Assembly: GCA_032718475.1 (NCBI GenBank)
Contig: JAUCBJ010006127.1
Location: 1-48,603, forward strand
DNA length: 48,603 nucleotides
Reading direction: 5' to 3'
From: Nemertoderma westbladi
Taxonomy: Eukaryota > Animalia > Xenacoelomorpha
Numbering within the stretch: position 1 is the first letter of the stretch; each line of letters begins with the position of its first letter. The position numbers were made by a program, and so were the translations under genes. The notes under the pieces were generated by a model. That model saw only the letters and a program-made list of their open reading frames with translations. It was not told where the DNA came from and did no database searches. Shown here piece after piece: positions 25,756 to 37,950 of the stretch.

Positions 25756-25875
25756 CTTCAGAACTTTTATCACCACATTTCTTGCTTCAATTTCACCCTC
25801 CAAAATCGCCAACAAGTGAAGCAAATCTTGTCTGGAATGTTTACTAAGTCCCTGGTGACTATTGCTACAATTCAT
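25756..25875 (-). CDS. CTTNBP2NL: CTTNBP2NL/CTTNBP2-family gene, coding exon 1 (40 aa)
   Basis: ATG at 25875. MNCS..LSKHSRQDLLHLLAILEGEIEARNVVIKVLK matches the family N-terminus (LSKxELLxLxSILEGELEARDLVIEALK). Donor AAG|GTTAGT at 25755, phase 0. Confidence 0.9.
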
Positions 25876-25899
25876 CTTACTGATGCAATTCCCATTAGA

Positions 25900-26490
25900 A
25901 CGCAGCTCAACATTGTTGATATGGATATATAAAGCTATCCAGTCTGCCAGTAGGCAGGTAGGCCTAATGCAGAAATGCCAGAATGGCTGTACAGCTGTAT
26001 GCAGGCATAATTGTGAAATGAGTAGGGCAGATCACAGGATCAGTTCAGTACTGCAGTTGCAGTAGGCTACTACTGTACTAGTACAAGTACCGGTACAGTA
26101 CATTACGGCTGAGCTGACGGTGTAGGCCTACTGTATTTCCTGATTTCCGGTACCGGTACTGCATTCCAGATTCCACACTGCCACACAGAAAGGTAGGCCT
26201 ACCCCTACTGCATTGCATACTGCATACTGCTGTCAGGCTGTACCGACAGACTGACAGACTATGGACCCTACAGACAGATTGACAGACAGGACTGAAGACC
26301 CTACTAGGTCATAGGTAGCCCTACCGCTGTCGTGCCGTACCAGGCTGCCAGGTCAAGTAGTTCAGTAGGTCTGTAGGTTACGGTCTGACGGTGCGTTACG
26401 CTGTTACGTCCTGCAGTCCAGGCCTGTTGCTTTAGGTCCGTGGTATCTTGCCTGCTGGCAGTCTTGGCCGGGAGCGGGAAGTGTCCATGA
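25900..26490 (-). promoter_or_regulatory. Putative promoter/5'UTR region of the CTTNBP2NL-like gene
   Basis: GC-richer stretch just upstream of the ATG, with ETS-like cores (atttccggt ~26143, cgggaagtg ~26475). The TSS cannot be determined. Confidence 0.35.
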
Positions 26491-26959
26491 TGCCAGGATT
26501 TTGTCTGGAGAAAAAATGAAAAAATTTTTTGTCTGGAGAAAAAATGTGGTAACGTAGTTAGGAGAATGTGGTTATCCGGCAGTGATTTTTTATGTCCTTT
26601 TATTTGACTTTTTTGTCCTCCTTTTTTTACGAATTGTGCATAATGACTTTTGTTGTCCTTTAATGACTTTTTATGTATGTATTTCTTCAAACTGTCAGAC
26701 TGATGATTTCTGGACTGTCAGACAGTTGATTTCAACATGCATATGCCAAAACATTCAAAATTTGTTGATTTCTAGTCTGTCGGACAGTTGGTTTCACTAT
26801 GCCTGTGCCAAAACATTCAAAATTCCATGATTTATAGACTATGAGATAGATTTCCATATGCGCCTGTGGTAAATGACTCTAAATTTAATAGTTTGTGGTT
26901 GGGGCGTTTTCGATAATCGATTACCAAATGACGTAGCAAAACACTCATTTTATAGCCGA

Positions 26960-27628
26960 AAACAAATTACCAATTGATGGAAAGGAGTAGGTTAAGGCCA
27001 GATTTTCTAACCAAAACAATAAACAGTCACTTTACCAAATGAAGGAAAGGAGCAGGTTACAGAGGCTAGCCTTTCTAACCAAAACAATAAACGGTCACTT
27101 TACCAAATCAAGGAAAAGAGCAGGTTACAGAGGCGGGATTTTCTAACTAAAACAATAACAATCACTTTACCAAATAAAGGATAGGAGCAGGTTACATAGA
27201 TGGTCTTTTCTAACCAAAACAATAAACGATAGCATTATCAATTGAGAGAAAGGAGCAGGTTACAGAGGCGGGATTTCCTAACCAAAACAATAAACGATCA
27301 CTTAACTAATTGAGGGAAAGGAGCAGGTTACAGAGGCGGGATTTTCTAACCAAAACAATAAGCGATCACTTAACTAATTGAGGGAAAGGAGCAGGTTACA
27401 GAGGCGAGATTTTCTAACCAAAACAATAAACGATCATTTAACTAATTGAGGGAAAGGGGCAGGTTACAGAGGCGGGATTTTCTAACCAAAACAATAAACA
27501 GTCACTTTACAAAATTAAGGAAAGGGCAGGTTACAGAGGCGGGCCTTTCTAACCAAAACAATAAACGGTCACTTTACCAAATCAGGGAAAGGAGAAGGTT
27601 ACAGAGGCGGGATTTCCTAACCAAAACA
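26960..27628. repeat. 68-bp tandem repeat, ~9-10 diverged units
   Basis: ttttctaaccaaaacaataaacggtcactttaccaaat..ggaaaggagcaggttacagaggcggga recurs every ~68 bp. Confidence 0.95.
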
Positions 27629-27797
27629 TTCGGTCAGCCGGTAGGCCTACCATTACCGTATTTAAATGGTAGGCCACACAGTAGGCCTACAGCAGTACCG
27701 GTGCCGCTACCGGTACAAAAATACCTAAAATACCTGCTTTATACCTACATCTGTCTGTACATACAATACAGCAATACTGCAAAATAGTGCTCAATAT

Positions 27798-27995
27798 ACT
27801 AATACCGGAACTGATAGCTTGAGAGAACAGCAGTAGAGAAACCGGTAGCATGGAACCTAACGGTAAATTTCTGGAGGACATAAAAAGTAAAAAAAAACTA
27901 ATACCGGTACTGACAGCCTGAGAGAACAGCAGTAGAGAAACCGGTAGCATGGAACCTAACGGTAAAGTTATGGAGGACATAATAAGTAAAAAAAA
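27798..27995. repeat. ~99-bp tandem duplication (2 copies)
   Basis: actaataccgg..gagagaacagcagtagagaaaccggtagcatggaacctaacggtaaa..ggaggacataa..aagtaaaaaaaa occurs twice. Confidence 0.9.
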
Positions 27996-28484
27996 GGACA
28001 TCATGAGTGATTTAAACGGACAATAAAATTTATTAATATTTATTATTAAAAATTATATTAACGATAAAAAACAACAATATTATTACTTGTCAAATTAATT
28101 ATCACACCTTATTCAAACCGAGCACCCTTGATGAAAGACAATTCGCAACTAATATCATGCAAGATCGCGGTCGCATTTTCGGCGCTTGAAGCGTCACTTT
28201 CATGTTCTACACTCAGAGATATGTATGGACCCGAGTCGTGTGTACTACAGTATAATTATCGCCTGTTGTGTCTTGACCAACATAGGTGTGAAGCGATAGC
28301 CCCCAACAAGCAACAACCTCATGATGATGTTTTGGTTTCAGCTGCTGAGTATGTACCTAGGTCGAGAGGATGGAAAGCTCATTCGCAAAATATTACTCAC
28401 AATACATAGAATAAATCAACATAAATCAAACTTACATTGTAAAATTATTCATTATAGTACTGTATTCAAAATAAATTAACAAGT

Positions 28485-28760
28485 ATGAGGAGTTCCTGGA
28501 ATTGATAAAATTACACAAAAATACTCATCCTTCAAAGACTTTGGTATAACCATGAAACCATTCTATGCTTTTTTGGTTTGTTGAATTCATTATTAGTAAT
28601 CGAAAGTAAGATTAGAAGCAACATTTTCATTTTTTTATCAATATATACTAAAAGAGCACCAAAAGTGCAAGAAGCACTTTTTTCAAACGTAGTAAATTGG
28701 TCATACAGTTTGGCTACTGAGGTTTTAGAATGTGTTGATTTCATTGGGAAGGTTTATTCC
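28485..28760 (+). mobile_element. Interspersed repeat; diverged inverted copy at ~31170-31490
   Basis: gtttggctactgaggtttta / taaaacctcagtagccaaac, ctaaaagagcaccaaaa / ttttggtgctcttttag and tatgaggagttcctgg / ccaggaactcctcata are collinear reverse complements. Confidence 0.8.
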
Positions 28761-29386
28761 TCTACATCAAACATATCGAAGAGTTGTGTAATATAACAAC
28801 ATAGACAGACATATTGTTATATTAGTTATTAGTCAGTTATTTGTGCCCCTGGAGCGCGAAAAAAACAAGTAGTGGAAATATGATAATGAAAAATCACCAC
28901 GAAAACAAACTGACAAATTGATTTTATGACCATGTGTTTTTTTTTTTGGCTTTTTTGGATACGTGTCAATGTGCGGCACGAAAAATACTTCATAATGAAA
29001 AATCATTACCAAATCAACCTGATTTTTAACATTTGGGGTTTTTTGGGATGCTGATCACGAATATGACACTGAAAAATATCGTACCTTGTTGATTGCGGCT
29101 TTTTTTAGATACTGTACGTGTCAATGTGTGGCACGAAAAATACAAATGGCACAAATATCATAATGAAAAATCATTACCAAATCAACCTGATTTTATAACA
29201 TTTGGGATTTTTTGGGATGCCGATCTCGAATATGACACTCATAAATATCGTATTATCCATCCAACCAAATTTGATTTTTTCTCTTTGAAATTTTAGGCTA
29301 CTTGCATTTTTCGTCCCACCAGACAAACACGAAAAACGATAGTTGCATTACCACGAATTATTTTTAATGAGTTGTAACGTGATTAG

Positions 29387-29735
29387 ATGACGAATTGATT
29401 GTTGCTACACAACACTACTAAGGGCAGACTAACACATGACAAACGACAAGCTTTATGGTACAATACCACCTGTATCAACCACCCTCCGTCAACGCAGATT
29501 AAGATTCAGTGGGCACTGCTGGCGAAGTAAAGACGAGGTCATACCAGATCTACTTCTCTGGCAACCAACTCATGGAAAGCGTAGTCGTGGACGACCGGCC
29601 ATAACATAAATAGATCAACTTGAAAGGGATACTGATCTTGGGAGAAATGAAATTGCGACAACTATGGAGAATCGGGAAGCCTGGAAGGATCTCATTTCCA
29701 CTGTCCGAGTTCGCTCGACCTAGTAGTAGTAGTAT
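29387..29735 (+). mobile_element. Second 5'-truncated copy of the same RTE LINE, with TSD
   Basis: Nearly identical to ~21305-21666, (TAG)n tail, 9-bp TSD cgtgattag at 29378-29386 and 29736-29744. Confidence 0.93.
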
Positions 29736-31169
29736 CGTGATTAGTGACCTTGAAAAACAGTATATTGTCAGAATTACCAAACCAAAGGCAAAATTTAACA
29801 GTTTCAAATTTTTGCTACTTGTACTTTTCGTTTTGGAGCACCAAAATGGCACCAAAATTGGTTTTTGTACATACCAGAAATATTTATAACTACTTTCATC
29901 ACGATCAGCTACCTCGAAAACCCGTATAAGTTTAGAATTATCAAACCAAACACAAAATGTTTAGTTTGAAAATTTTTTACTTGTACTTTTCGTCCTGGGG
30001 GGCCAAAATCAGAAAATAGCACCAAAAATGATTGATGCATTGCCAGAAAATTAAAATTTGCCAGAAAGTTTGACATGTTTTATCGTAATTAGCGTCCTCG
30101 AAATCCCTTATACCATCAAAATTGAAATTTTTGAGCAAAGATCTACAACATTTCTAAAGTAACCCCCCCCCCCCCCCCCCCCACTGGCCAATTAATTACT
30201 GTAGTAATATAGCCCGTATAGCCCGAGCCAGATAGCAGATAGTGTTAAACGTCAGCATATATATTATGTATCAATTACCTTTGTCTATTAAATCCAAGAT
30301 ACATAGTAAGAACGAACACTGTTAAGGTGGCCACGCATATTGTCTTATTTGAGATCCTCCGAAAGGGCAGATTGGGGTCCCGCTGGTTTAGGCAGAAGAA
30401 TAAACCTAGCATGATGATTCTTAAAGAATAACCGGGCCCTCCAATCCCAAGTCGAGCAGTAGCTTCATCTCTAGATTAGATAAATAACTAATTTTATTAT
30501 CCTTCATGAATTTCGATAGACGATGGACGGTACATTCTTTTTACTGGCGGTCTCCGAGGAATTTGAAGCATTTATAGCACAATGAAGTCGGAACAGATTC
30601 CGGCATTCCGGGTTTACTGAATATATCGCACGTCGAAATGTACAAATGTTAGTGGTAGGCACTGGTGTCATTTGATCTATAAAAAAGCCATGACAAGTCG
30701 AACTACTGTAAGTGCCACTCTGTAGACCGAGCGAGCGAGCGAGCGAGCGTCATCTATACACACAGCACTTTCCAACTGAACTACTGTATAACTGCTACGG
30801 CCTCCCCTCCATACAGTACAGATTCAGATACTATGTCCAGATTAAATTAGGCCCCTGTGCCCGTGGCTGCCAGCCCGTGTAGAGAGAGGTGATAATAAAT
30901 AGTCAAATAAATACAGGTAATCAGGTAATGTAATAATGATAAGGCATTATTGATGCCTAACACCAGAACACAGTAAGAGCATAATGCAGACAGCACTATC
31001 AGCAGTAATGTAATGCCTAACGCAGTAGTGCAGTGCAATGCAAATACCCCATACTGAATAATTCACTACATTACCGCACCAGTACCAGAGTACTGAAATA
31101 GAAGTGCACTGGTTGGCACTTAGAATTTTCGACTGAAACATCGGCCATTTTTGAAAATACCACAATTTT

Positions 31170-31490
31170 ATAAACCTTGCCAATGAAATCGCACATTATA
31201 AAACCTCAGTAGCCAAACTATACGGTCAAATTACTACTTTTGGCTATTTGAAAATTTCGAGCTAGTTGTAATTTTGGTGCTCTTTTAGTGTCTATTATAA
31301 AATAAACAATGTAGATTTTATTCTAATTTCGCTTTCGATTACTAATAATTAATTCGACTAACCTTAAAAGCATAATATGGTTTAATGGTTACAGTATACC
31401 AAAGTCTTGAAGGGTGATGCTTGTATTTGGAGTAATTTTATTAATTCCGAAAAGTGCTGATATGGTATGGGTGCCAGGAACTCCTCATAT
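31170..31490 (-). mobile_element. Interspersed repeat, inverted partner of 28485-28760
   Basis: Same collinear blocks in reverse complement. Confidence 0.8.
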
Positions 31491-31799
31491 CTCGAAACTA
31501 CTGGAGCTATAAAATTTTTATTTGTCTCATCTGAAAGAGGAGATAATTTTAGTTAGGGACAAGTACTTTCGACGCGCTAGACCTACTGTATTGTTTCAGG
31601 GGTTGTATCTATAAGATAAATAACTGGCCCACTAAATTTTGGGGCTTTGCAGCAGCTTGGCGGGTCGTATCTATAGTAGCTCATGACTGTAGGCCTACTA
31701 TTAATTATTACTTACATCTGAAACAAGTGACGTGTCGATTAGAACGGGATCAGTTTCGCTATTCTCCCGATCTGTGTGGCAAACGAGGCTGTCGTAAGA

Positions 31800-32160
31800 A
31801 CCAGAAATACCAATAGCTATCTCCGACAGTAAAATCTCTTCTATTATAAATTACGCCAATGTGGTGATGGGATTCGGTGGTTCACGTCCCCCAGTGCCTC
31901 CTACTCTCTATCAAACGCAGCCTTCCGTTTTTATGGCTAAGAGGCACATATCGTTAAAAGATTTTCGGACATCACTCCATGATCTGTCAACAGATACCGA
32001 ATGGCAGTTCAGCCATAGAGCTACAGTATCTCATGCCATTTGGTCTACTTTTTCACATTTATGTCTATCGACTGCGCCTCATTTTGAAAAATTACTTTAC
32101 TCTCGTTGTATTTTTCAATGTTCAAAACGCTTTAATTTCGTAATTTTTGTGCACAGAATC
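31800..32160 (-). pseudogene. Decayed Myb/SANT-like DNA-binding ORF (Harbinger-associated type)
   Basis: With stops and frameshifts: EKYNESKVIFQNEAQSIDINVKK*TKWHEI / LNCHSVSVDRSWSDVRKSFNDM / KRKAAFDRE / GTGGREPP. This follows the N..K...W.EI...LN....R.W.EV.K...D......A..RE...TGG pattern. Confidence 0.6.
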
Positions 32161-33024
32161 AGTCGAATCAGTGAGGCAACTATTGGGGTGCGTGGTGTTA
32201 AACTGTATATCGCTCACGATTACCGCTATGCGTTCTTTAGGCAATGCAATCCATCACTCAGACACTAGCCAATGATATACTCTGGTTGCGTAGCAACATC
32301 CAAATATTTGTATCGTACAGTATACTGTAAATACAATTTTCGTCATCGCAAAAACGGAGAACGTTTTAACTAATCTTACGTTAAGTCAATTTACGTTATC
32401 GTAGCTACGACAACCTTTACGACAATATTGTGAAACGATGTTTTTCACTTGACTTTCTTACACCAAGAACATGATACTTACGACAAGGTTTTCCACATTA
32501 CCTTAAATTATCTTTATGAAAATGTACTACTGTCTTCTAGTCTTACAGTACTGTACTGTTTACAAACAACAGTACAGACGGTTTATTGACATCTATCTCC
32601 GGCTACCGGTAACTCCTATTTACATATTGTAGTCAAGGTCTACTGCTTCAGCCCTATTGTAGCCTACTATACACCCTGTCAGCCTGTTTGTACCTGTCCT
32701 AATTCGGTACCGGTCCCGGTCCCGGTATAAACAATTTAGTTTCATTTTGGTAATGTGTATGCTGTAAAATTAGTTAAAAAAAAGTAAAAACTTAATGAAA
32801 GAAATAGTCCTTTCTTTCAAAAATTTTTTTCTTTTTTTAACTAATTTCTGGAAAATTAGTGAAACAATGTTATAATAAATAAAACTATTAATACTAATAT
32901 ATTAAATTAATATTAAGTTTTATACGGTGGGTGATTTAGGCCACATTTAATTTATTTTTTTGTGAAGGGGATTAAGAAAAAATAAAGTAAATTACGGTGT
33001 TCAGGGGATTAAGAAAACAGAAAC

Positions 33025-33340
33025 AAAATAAACTAAATTAAGTAAATTCTCATTGGTTGAAAAAATAAATAAACAAATTTATGTAAATTCTGATTGGTTA
33101 AAAAAAAAATAAACTAAATTAAGGAGGTTTCTGATTGGTTGAAAAAAAATAAACTAAATTAAGTAAATTCTGATTGGTTGAAAAAATAAGTAAACTAAAT
33201 TAAGTACTTTTCTGATTGGTTGAAAAAATATATAAACGAAATTAAGCAGGTTTCTGATTGGTTGAAAAAATAAATAAACTAAATTAAGCAGGTTTCTGAT
33301 TGGTACAGAGTAGAAATAATAAATAAACGAAATTAAGGAA
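33025..33340. repeat. ~40-bp tandem repeat, 7 units each with an inverted CCAAT box
   Basis: ttctgattggttgaaaaaataaataaactaaattaag.. repeated. Confidence 0.9.
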
Positions 33341-33658
33341 TTTTCGTCAATATAGCATACTGGTACTAAACTACTTCATAATGCCTACTACAGTTAAACA
33401 GCCCGAGTAGCCCGATGTTTATGTCCATACATGTCCTACTATATGTATATATATAAAATGTCGGCCAAAGGACACTGTACCAGGCGTTTCGAGGCCGATC
33501 GCCAACCCCGAAGCGCAATAGCGAGAAGTTCACTTTTCTCCGTAACTACACCACACACTCAGAGTACCTATCGCCGCGCATATCAGCTAGTTATAAACCC
33601 TTTGAACGACTGGTCTGGTACAGTTACACCCACCCAGTACAAGTAGCCCACTACTTAC

Positions 33659-34002
33659 TTTCATTTTGCGGATATACCAATCCGGGAGAAAGATTAACCG
33701 AAAGTATAGCAGCTAAACTGTGGCTCCCCGAGTGAATGCATCGAGTGGCGTTTGAATCGGCTGGTATCCACAAACCCGGATCCACGTGTGGCGGACATCC
33801 GTATCTGCTCCCCCTTATGTAAACGTTAATGCATGGTTAGGGATCGTTGCTGAGAGAATTGTGCGAGACAGATGCTGCACTGGTAGTCTATGGTCGCTCT
33901 CCGGTGTGGATCCCTTGGTGACTGTTTAGGACGCTTTTCTGTGCGAACGCCTTACCGTAAGTCTCACAGACTCAGTTCTCCAGTGTGGGAGGGGTTTGAG
34001 TA
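33659..34002 (-). pseudogene. Decayed C2H2 (Kruppel-type) zinc-finger exon, 3 fingers plus the start of a fourth
   Basis: Acceptor ttttgtgtttcag| and donor |gtaagt. Reads HTGE / CETYGKAFAQKSVLNSHQGIHTGERP / YQCSICLAQFSQQRSLTMH*RLHKGE / GSGFVDTSRFKRH / IHSGE / PQFSC, with frameshifts, a stop and a C-to-Y change. Confidence 0.85.
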
Positions 34003-35285
34003 CTGAAACACAAAAAATAAAAAAATCTAGTTTTGATTGAAAAAATACAAAATGTTATCCAGAGAAACGCCAGCCGAGCTGCATTAAATTTAATATTTTT
34101 TTCAGTTTCCAAATTCAGATATATAGCATTATAAGTTGAGTACAAAAGTTGTCCGAATCCACATTCAGAAAGTCAGAAAGGCATGCAGCCAAATCTCCCC
34201 CTCCGCTTATCGTACTTAATGCTTAATTGCCTACTGTATTATTTTGTTGGTATTGATTTTTTTTATATTGTTACATTAATCGCGTTAATTTCAATTTTTA
34301 AATCTAATCTGCTGGTTTTAAAACATTTTTAGATTGTCCTTTGCGGTGTCGTAGGCATAACATATCGCCGAAATATAGTCCCGCTACATTTTCTATGGTC
34401 GCATTTGATAAGAAGAACGCAATTGAAGTCTTAACCAATATTGTACCATAAACTGTATGACTATAATTATTGGAAAGCAGATAAACCTATAAACTAAGAT
34501 CAATAACATGTTCTGTAGGCCTCGCTTATTACGCGGTGGTTTCGCGCCGGACGAAAATCAATAATACATGTACACAGTATACTATATACTACTGTACAGT
34601 ATATACAGTATATCGAACTTATTAATATAATGTAGCAAAATATTCAACACATTCGCGGTGCTTTCGCGCAGGACGAACCAAACAAGTTTAACATTAGGGT
34701 ACAACTACTAAGAGTTTAGTAGCTCTCAAGAGGGAGATTGGAGAACTGCTGAGTCCCCCACTGAAATTCGATTTCAGATTTTGACAGATAACTAAGTTTG
34801 GTTTAGGGGTAATGGGACAGAAAATTCAAAAACTCTTTTTGTTTGATTCTTGTGCAGAATTTTATGGGGGAATTCAAATTGGAAGTTTTTACTTCTCATT
34901 TTTTCACCTCTAAAACCAGAATTGTGAAAATTTTAGCTGGGTCGTATGTTCTATTATATATGTTGACGTCCATACCAACAGACAGACAGACAGCCAGACT
35001 GACTGATGGACAGACACGATATCACCAAACATTAAAATTGTCATCGGAAATGAAATCACCGACCAGGAAAACGCCATAGGACAATGTTAGCTTTGTCGTG
35101 TGTTTATTATATTTGGACGGATAAAACAACAGACGAACAGATATTCCGACTGACAACTGGAAAGGCAGACTATATCATAGGGATCATACGTTTTCATGTT
35201 TTGCCAAACATGAAAACTGATATCAGAAATGAAATCAGCGACCACGAACAAAACCCCCGTAGCGAAAATTCCAGCTGTGTCTTTC

Positions 35286-35538
35286 TTCCTACAGTACATA
35301 CAGTATTGGCAAAATTAATATTTAAATTATTTAGGCCTACTGTAGGCTTCCTACAGTACATATTGGCAAAATTAATATTTAAATTATTTAGGCCTACTGT
35401 TGGCTTCCTACAGTACATATTGGCAAAATTAATATTTAAATTATTAGGCCTACTGTTGGCTTCCTACAGTACATATTGGCAAAATTAATATTTAAATTAT
35501 TAGGCCTACTGTAGGCTTCCTACAGTACATATTGGCAA
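35286..35538. repeat. ~57-bp tandem repeat, ~4 units
   Basis: ttcctacagtacatattggcaaaattaatatttaaattatttaggcctactgtaggc repeated. Confidence 0.92.
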
Positions 35539-36419
35539 TCAGATAGAGGAAGATCTTGTTTTGGCGCCACTTAAAAAGTCATTTTTTAATCAATTTGTTT
35601 GAAATTTTCAGTCAATGGTCTTGACATATTGACCAATAAATCATCTATACAAGTTGAGTTTTGGATACGATAATTTGAAAAAGTTCAAAAATAGATTTTT
35701 TGATTAAAATTACACTTCTGATAATGATTTTAAAATTCTGTCTGTTTTATAGGTCAATATGTCTAGACTATTCACCGAAAATTTCCAAAAAATGTATTAA
35801 AATCAGACAGTGGAGTATCATTTAGACTGAAAACCATAAAAATTTGAATACATTGTTTCCCGGGAAATTCAAATTTATAATGTATTATTTATTTTATGAG
35901 GCTATCAATAAATTATTTAATATTAAACTATCTGCAAATTAATAATTTATAATCCTACAGTATATATATAAAAATACTCAGTTTGTTTGTGTGTTTGTAC
36001 AGCTACAGGGTGTTTTGAATTGTGTGTGAGTGTGTTGAACCAGCACACCTCCGGACGTTGCAACACGATATTTTCCAGAAATGTTGTATGTTCCAGAAAT
36101 GCTGCATTTTGTTATTTTTAACGCCCTTTTATCGACAAAATCTACCCATCAATTGCCAAAATCTGTGCTGATTTGCTACATACCCCTAAAATGTAAAACC
36201 ATTATTTGTCGACAGAGATGTTAATTAAACTCAACAGCTACAGTCCCGCTCTCAAAAAGCATTTCTTTGATCAAACATTGATCAAACTTTGATCAAACAT
36301 TAATAAAAGTTTGATCAAAATGTGTCCATAGAATATCATTGAAAGTAGCATTGACATTGAAATGACATTGATGGCATATTGAAGCATACAGGTATACAGG
36401 TCAGGTCAGGTATTCTATG

Positions 36420-37950
36420 TCATTGATCAAGAAAACGTTCCACCTCCATGCAGCATAAAGGAGGTGCCACCTGTAGCTGCATAGACCCTCTTACAAGGGC
36501 AAATCTGGTCCTGTAACTAGGACCCCCTTCGTTCTGGGATAAGGACGCCCTTGGTCCTGGATTAAGGACCCATATACTTGGCTGCAGGGGTATATGGCCT
36601 GGCCAGGCAGATGGTGATCTACCAATGGCTGGTCAGGAGTAGAGTGTTCTCATGTCCACTCTGCGTGCACTTCACTGCGACCTGCACCTGGCAGCAGGGG
36701 TACAGGGCATGACCCAGCAGTTGAGCTGCACAGCCAATGGTGGGTCATGTGCGCCAGAGTAGATATGGGTGATGGGCCTCATATCTGACTCCACTGCGAC
36801 ACCCACCCTGTGGAATGGCAAACCAGGGTGTGGTATTTGCCCCGAGAGCTGACTCGGCAAAAAATCACCCCCCAACCCCCACTATGGATTACATTAGTAA
36901 TGCGGAGGTCCAGCCACTAGAGGCCAGTGGAATGACTGAACACAATCGGCCTCACAGGCGTCAGTTATCTCCTGACCGGCTGCCTGTCTCACCTCCTACT
37001 GGAGAGAGAGCGGCAAACAATTCTTTGAGTCAATTTCCTGATGACCTTTCTGGCCCAAACCCTGGGTCACCAGGGTGGCCAGATTGTGAAGGGGAGAGGG
37101 ATTCTGGAGTTGGAGGCTACTCTCATGTTCCACCCCGCCCCGACCAACAAAGCCATTGGTGAATCTGAGGCAAGTCACTAGACTAGCCTCAGTAAACACC
37201 CTAACACTCGGGTCCCCAATGCGACAAGGTGAGCTGACTGCCTTGGCAGATAAGCTTTCTCTTAGAGCAGTAGGTGTTCAAGAGCACCGAATGCAGACTG
37301 GACAGACTGATGAGGTTCTGATTAAGGACATGGGGGGCGGTTGGCGACTCGCCCTCGCTTCAGCAGATGATAGTGGCAATGGTAGAATTGGTCTATTGAT
37401 GAATCCAACTGCACATGCAGCATTGGACAAAATAGACCAAATCTCTAAAATCGACTAAATCTAGACTAAACTAGACCAAATCTCTTTGGAAGCCCTCCAG
37501 GTGCCAGTTCCCAAGAAAGGCAACCTAACACTCTATGGTTCTTTTCGGGGAATCTCATTGATTTCGATTGCTGCAAAGCTATACAATAGAATTCTATTAA
37601 ATCGCATCAGGGATCCCATTGAGAGACTGCTCCGTGGAAATCAGAATGGGTTCCGTAAAGGTCGTGGGACCATGGGGCCCATTTTGGCACTTAGAAGGAC
37701 AATTGAAGAGTTATCAAAAAAAAAGACAGGCATCTGGCTGTTATCTTTGTTGACTTCTTCAAGGCCTTTGATTCAGTCTCTCGCTCACGTATGTTCAGCA
37801 TACTTTCATTATATGGGATTCCTGATGAAATTATTGCAGCAATCAGATCAGTATACGATGGTTCGACAACATTTGTGTCTACTGTTGACGGTGACACAGA
37901 ACCATTTGAAGTGTTATGGGGCGTCCTCCAGGGAGACACACTTGCACTGT
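36420..37950 (+). mobile_element. RTE-clade LINE 5' half: structured leader, APE endonuclease start, internal deletion, RT N-half
   Basis: RLASVNTLTL..VGVQEHR..GRIGLLM (APE motifs). PVPKKGNL..FRGISLISIAAKLYNRILLNRI..NQNGFRKGR..FVDFFKAFDS..GVLQGDTLA (RT motifs), with frameshifts. Confidence 0.92.

Noticed and set aside
27446-28004. 113-aa and 105-aa ORFs with internal repeats
   Set aside because: Explained by the 68-bp and 99-bp DNA repeats.
30275-30650. Possible minus-strand pseudo-exon (PTSLCYKCFKFL, ending at a gtaatt donor)
   Set aside because: It has several stops and only one CxxC; no family can be supported by eye.
33690-34020. Structured ncRNA/telomerase RNA candidate (ggttaggg, GGATCCAC/GTGGATCC stem, A-rich end)
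   Set aside because: Better explained as a minus-strand zinc-finger pseudo-exon; the A-run is its polypyrimidine tract.
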